A stretch of 64,000 nucleotides of DNA from Alphaproteobacteria bacterium (GTDB taxonomy: Bacteria > Pseudomonadota > Alphaproteobacteria > Bin95), in NCBI GenBank assembly GCA_030833925.1, contig JAURGE010000001.1:79535-143534 (forward strand). Direction: 5' to 3'. Shown here piece by piece: positions 60,559 to 64,000 of the stretch (the stretch's first letter is position 1; each line of letters opens with the position of its first letter). Below the pieces are notes generated by a model. That model had not been told where the DNA came from. It was given only the letters and a program-made list of their open reading frames with translations, and searched no databases. The position numbers and the translations under genes are program-made.

Positions 60559-62664
60559 ATGAGCGAAAAGGATCTAGTCCGTTTCGAGAGGCACGGAGAA
60601 ATTGGCGTAGTCGTTGTCGATAACCCGCCAGTCAATGCGTTATCTCCCGGTGTGCCGGAAGGTATCGTGAAGCATATCGATGCTGGGGCTGCTGACCCAA
60701 CCATCAAGGCATTGGTGGTTATTGGAGCAGGCAGGAGCTTCATTGCCGGAGCTGATATAAGGCAATTTGGTAAGGGGCGCCCTCCTTTAGCTCGTAAGCC
60801 CTATGATGCCTATGAAGAGTCACCCAAACCAATCGTTGCGGCTATACATGGATATGCCCTTGGCGGTGGTTTGGAGAATGCTCTTGCTTGCCATTACCGG
60901 ATTGCTGTTGCATCGGCCAAAGTGGGGCTTCCAGAGGTACTGATTGGCCTGCTTCCGGGTGGTGGTGGTACTCAGCGCCTGCCCCGGTTGATTGGGCCAA
61001 AAGCAGCTCTTGATCTCATCGTTTCAGGGCGCCATGTACCGGCGCCAGAGGCACTTGAGTTGGGCATCTTAGATAGGGTTATCCCGTCTGATGATGATCT
61101 CAAAATAGAAGCCGTAAAGTTTGCCAGTGAGATTGCTGATAAGCGGCCACTTCAACTGATTCGCGATAGAGAAGCCAAACTTCCTGAGGGCGAGGACATC
61201 TTTGAAGCGAAGAAAAAAGAAATTGCTCGACGTGCTCGCAACCAGATAGCGCCTTACAATAACATCAAGGCCGTCCAAGCAGCTGTGGAAATGCAATTTG
61301 AAGATGGCTTAAGGCGAGAGCGCGAACTCTTCGAAGAACTTGTAAGTTCGGACGAATCTAGAGCACTTCGCTATGCTTTTTTTGCCGAGCGAGAGGCGCA
61401 GAAGCTCCCGGATGTTCCGAAGGGAACCCCTGTAAAAACGATCAAAACTGCTGCTGTTGTTGGAGCTGGTACCATGGGCGGGGGCATCGCAATGTGCTTC
61501 GCTGATGCGGGTATCCCTGTTCAAGTTTTGGAGGTTTCTGAAGACGCACTAGTCAAAGGTTTCCAACGCATTCGCAATAATTATGAGGTCAGCGTCAAGC
61601 GTGGATCTTTAGATGCTGATGAGATGGAGGCTCGTTTTGCCTTGATTTCTAGGGCAACAGCCTATGAAGAGATATCAGAAGCCGATGTAGTGATTGAGGC
61701 AGTATTCGAGGAGATGGGCGTCAAGCAGCAGGTTTTCAAAGAAATAGATCGGGTCATGAAGTCAGACGCGCTGCTTTTAACTAACACCTCAGCTTTAGAT
61801 ATTGATCAAATTGCTGAAGCTACCTCACGTCCAGAAAAGGTTGGTGGGGCTCACTTTTTTAGTCCAGCTAACGTTATGAAACTGCTTGAAGTGGTTAAGG
61901 GCAAGAAGACCACTCCTGAAGTCACGGCATCTACTATGGCTCTGGGGAAGTTGATAGCGAAGGCTCCAGCTGCGTGCGGCAATTGTGATGGCTTTCTAGC
62001 TAATCGCAGCCGCGCACCGTTCAATTCCGAAATGGTCATTATGCTTGAGGAAGGCTGTCTACCTGAGCAAGTTGATAAAGTTATGGTCGAATTTGGTTAC
62101 CCAATGGGGCCATTCGCGGTTGGGGATTTAGCTGGACTGGACATAGGCTATGCTGGTCGCAAAAGACGAGCAGAAGCTGATCCCAATTACCGAACTTTAC
62201 CCATCGCTGACAAATTAGTGGAGATGGGGCGCCTTGGTCAGAAGACTGGAGCTGGTTGGTTCAAATACGAAAAAGGTGATCGCACTCCATATCCTGATCC
62301 AATCGTGACGGATCTCATAATCAGCATGTCAAAAGAAATGGGTAATGAGCCACGCAGTTTCACGGACGACGAAATTCTTAAGCGATTATTATTTTCCTCT
62401 GTAAATGAGGCATGCAAAATATTGGAGGAAAAAATATCCTACAGGGCCTCTGATGTGGACATTATGTGGCTCTATGGATTTGGGTTTCCACGTTATCGCG
62501 GTGGCCTGATGTACTGGGCCGACAGCATAGGTGTTCAGGATGTCTATAATCAGATTGCTGCTTGGCACCAGGCCTATGGCAATCGGTGGGCGCCATCGAA
62601 CTTGTTGCGTCAGTTGGCTGACTCAAACACATCATTCCGAGAAGCCCATACATTAGTAAATTAG
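60559..62664 (+). CDS. bifunctional enoyl-CoA hydratase / 3-hydroxyacyl-CoA dehydrogenase (FadB/FadJ-like)
   Basis: 701 aa with an N-terminal crotonase domain and a C-terminal NAD-binding 3HCDH domain (VVGAGTMGGGIA). Confidence 0.85.
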   Translation: MSEKDLVRFERHGEIGVVVVDNPPVNALSPGVPEGIVKHIDAGAADPTIKALVVIGAGRSFIAGADIRQFGKGRPPLARKPYDAYEESPKPIVAAIHGYALGGGLENALACHYRIAVASAKVGLPEVLIGLLPGGGGTQRLPRLIGPKAALDLIVSGRHVPAPEALELGILDRVIPSDDDLKIEAVKFASEIADKRPLQLIRDREAKLPEGEDIFEAKKKEIARRARNQIAPYNNIKAVQAAVEMQFEDGLRRERELFEELVSSDESRALRYAFFAEREAQKLPDVPKGTPVKTIKTAAVVGAGTMGGGIAMCFADAGIPVQVLEVSEDALVKGFQRIRNNYEVSVKRGSLDADEMEARFALISRATAYEEISEADVVIEAVFEEMGVKQQVFKEIDRVMKSDALLLTNTSALDIDQIAEATSRPEKVGGAHFFSPANVMKLLEVVKGKKTTPEVTASTMALGKLIAKAPAACGNCDGFLANRSRAPFNSEMVIMLEEGCLPEQVDKVMVEFGYPMGPFAVGDLAGLDIGYAGRKRRAEADPNYRTLPIADKLVEMGRLGQKTGAGWFKYEKGDRTPYPDPIVTDLIISMSKEMGNEPRSFTDDEILKRLLFSSVNEACKILEEKISYRASDVDIMWLYGFGFPRYRGGLMYWADSIGVQDVYNQIAAWHQAYGNRWAPSNLLRQLADSNTSFREAHTLVN

Positions 62665-62670
62665 GAACTG

Positions 62671-63396
62671 GTGATGACAAAACATGTGCTAGTCACAGGT
62701 GCGTCGAGGAATATTGGAAAAGCGATTTCCTCGCGGCTAAAAAATGATGGCTACGATATTCTTATGCTGGACATCATAGAGCCCGAAGACGCCTCTTTGG
62801 GCGAATTCCGGAAGGTTGATCTTTCAAATTCTGCGGATGTCTCACAAGCGATGGCATGGGCACTGGATGGAAGGGAAATTACGAGGGTTGTTAATTGTGC
62901 GGGCCTTGTTGCTACCCACGATTTGGAAGAGGCTGATGCAGCAACGTTTGATCGACTGATGTCGGTTAACGTCCGTTCATATATTGAAATTACTAGTGCC
63001 CTCGTACCTGGAATGAAAAAAGCAGGTTTTGGCAGGATCGTAAATATAGCTAGCCGTTCGGCCTTGGGCGCTGCAAGGCAGACAATATATTCTGCGACCA
63101 AGGCCGCCGTTGTGGGTATTACTAAGACCTGGGCAGAAGAATTAGGGTCTTACGGCATTACATCTAACGCTATTGGACCTGGTCCAATTGAAACCGACAT
63201 GCTCAAGGAAGTGTATGGAGAGGGGTCTCCAGCATGGGAGGCTTACAGGAAGCGAATTCCAGTACAGCGCTTTGGAACACCTAACGACATTGCCAATGGT
63301 GTTGCATTCCTCATCGATGATCGCTCTAGCTTCGTGACAGGACAGGTGCTGTTTATTTGTGGTGGGGTGACCATTGGGCGTGCTAACGCCACCTGA
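62671..63396 (+). CDS. SDR family oxidoreductase
   Basis: TGASRNIG motif and a catalytic YSATK. Confidence 0.8.
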   Translation: MMTKHVLVTGASRNIGKAISSRLKNDGYDILMLDIIEPEDASLGEFRKVDLSNSADVSQAMAWALDGREITRVVNCAGLVATHDLEEADAATFDRLMSVNVRSYIEITSALVPGMKKAGFGRIVNIASRSALGAARQTIYSATKAAVVGITKTWAEELGSYGITSNAIGPGPIETDMLKEVYGEGSPAWEAYRKRIPVQRFGTPNDIANGVAFLIDDRSSFVTGQVLFICGGVTIGRANAT

Positions 63397-63408
63397 GATT
63401 GGTTGGGT

Positions 63409-64000
63409 TCAGCTTTTATTAGAAGAATTAGCCCTAGCTTCCTCGATAGCCGAACGAAGTTGTTGAAGCGGAACTGCGCCGGGAATAATTTTGTCGCCTA
63501 TAATAAACGCTGGCGTGCCGCGGATATTTAATGCCTCAGCAATTGCGCGAGCATTCTGGATTTGAGAGTTCAGGGATTTATCGGTCATTGCAGCCTGAAT
63601 CTTTGAGGGATCGTAGCCAGCATCTGCTGCAATTGCCAGTAATGTTGCCTCGTCGTAGGGGCCCTGATGTTGCATTAGACGATCGTGTAAATCACCGTAT
63701 TTATCAGGATTTACCATGTTCGAGGCCAACGAAATAATGGACGCTGTCAATGAATCTGGGCCTAGAATTGGGAATTCCTTCATCACGATACGGAGTTTTT
63801 TGTCAGACTTAGCCAATTCCATAACACTTGGAAGTACCCGCTTACAGTAGCCACAACGGTAATCAAAAAATTCCACAAGGGTGACGTCGGCTTCTGCGGC
63901 GGTAGCGCCGAGAGAGGGATCATTTGATTGGTTAAGCAAGGCATCTTTAAGACTGCGTAAGGTATTTACCCGCTCAACTTCCGCAATCTTCGCCTGGTTT
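63409..64000 (-). CDS. DsbA-family thiol:disulfide oxidoreductase (N-terminus lies beyond the window end)
   Basis: CGYC active site inside a thioredoxin fold. The listed ORF starts at a TTG, but the frame stays open upstream to nt 64000 and no signal peptide is yet visible, so the gene is truncated by the window. Confidence 0.7.
   Translation of the reverse strand, partial: NQAKIAEVERVNTLRSLKDALLNQSNDPSLGATAAEADVTLVEFFDYRCGYCKRVLPSVMELAKSDKKLRIVMKEFPILGPDSLTASIISLASNMVNPDKYGDLHDRLMQHQGPYDEATLLAIAADAGYDPSKIQAAMTDKSLNSQIQNARAIAEALNIRGTPAFIIGDKIIPGAVPLQQLRSAIEEARANSSNKS

Overview
This is a gene-dense window (about 90% coding), probably from an alphaproteobacterial chromosome. I infer that from synteny only: yebC-ruvCAB-ybgC-tolQRAB-pal-ybgF-tilS-ftsH, sdhCDAB, Tim44-mltA-smr-rsmB, secB/fxsA and yggT-yggU-folD. 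I see no transposases, integrases, CRISPR arrays or obvious islands. The single tRNA, tRNA-Arg(CCG), is flanked by housekeeping genes.

The main blocks are:
- 1..1457: the tail of a GldG-like ABC auxiliary protein (cut by the window start) and a protein I could not place in any family that I have labelled DUF4340-like (the DUF name is a recollection, not checkable here).
- 1464..7239: a penicillin-binding protein 5/6-type D-Ala-D-Ala carboxypeptidase with a C-terminal SPOR domain. A Mn/Fe-type ABC-3 metal uptake operon (substrate-binding protein, ATPase and two permeases) lies directly upstream of it. A divergent DtxR/MntR-family regulator and a perfect palindromic candidate operator sit beside the operon.
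- 7495..11074: housekeeping genes (class III aminotransferase, crotonase, folD, yggU, yggT).
- 11146..26590: a dense catabolic-looking block with no regulator and no transporter. It holds a lone acyl-CoA carboxyltransferase, an Fe-ADH, MmgE/PrpD, an alpha/beta hydrolase, three SDRs, a class III-like Zn-ADH, an amidohydrolase-2, an Ldh_2 dehydrogenase and a PhyH dioxygenase. It also holds a 201-aa cupin whose metal and Tyr motif matches the cupin DMSP lyases (DddK/DddW/DddQ), and a histidinol-dehydrogenase paralogue outside any his context (possibly HpsN-like).
- 26701..43853: core genes (sdh, ftsH, tilS, tol-pal, ruv, yebC, ymdB-like, 5-formyl-THF cyclo-ligase).
- 43864..44034: a strong 6S RNA (ssrS) candidate directly upstream of the 5-formyl-THF cyclo-ligase gene, as in the E. 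coli ssrS-ygfA arrangement.
- 55222..63396: a beta-oxidation-like cluster. It has three ACADs (two of them translationally coupled and lacking the canonical YEG glutamate), an Hsd4A-like SDR, a FadB-like bifunctional enzyme, a CMD-family protein and another SDR, but no thiolase.
- The window ends inside a DsbA-like gene.

All functional calls come from reading the translated ORFs for family motifs. No database search was possible.
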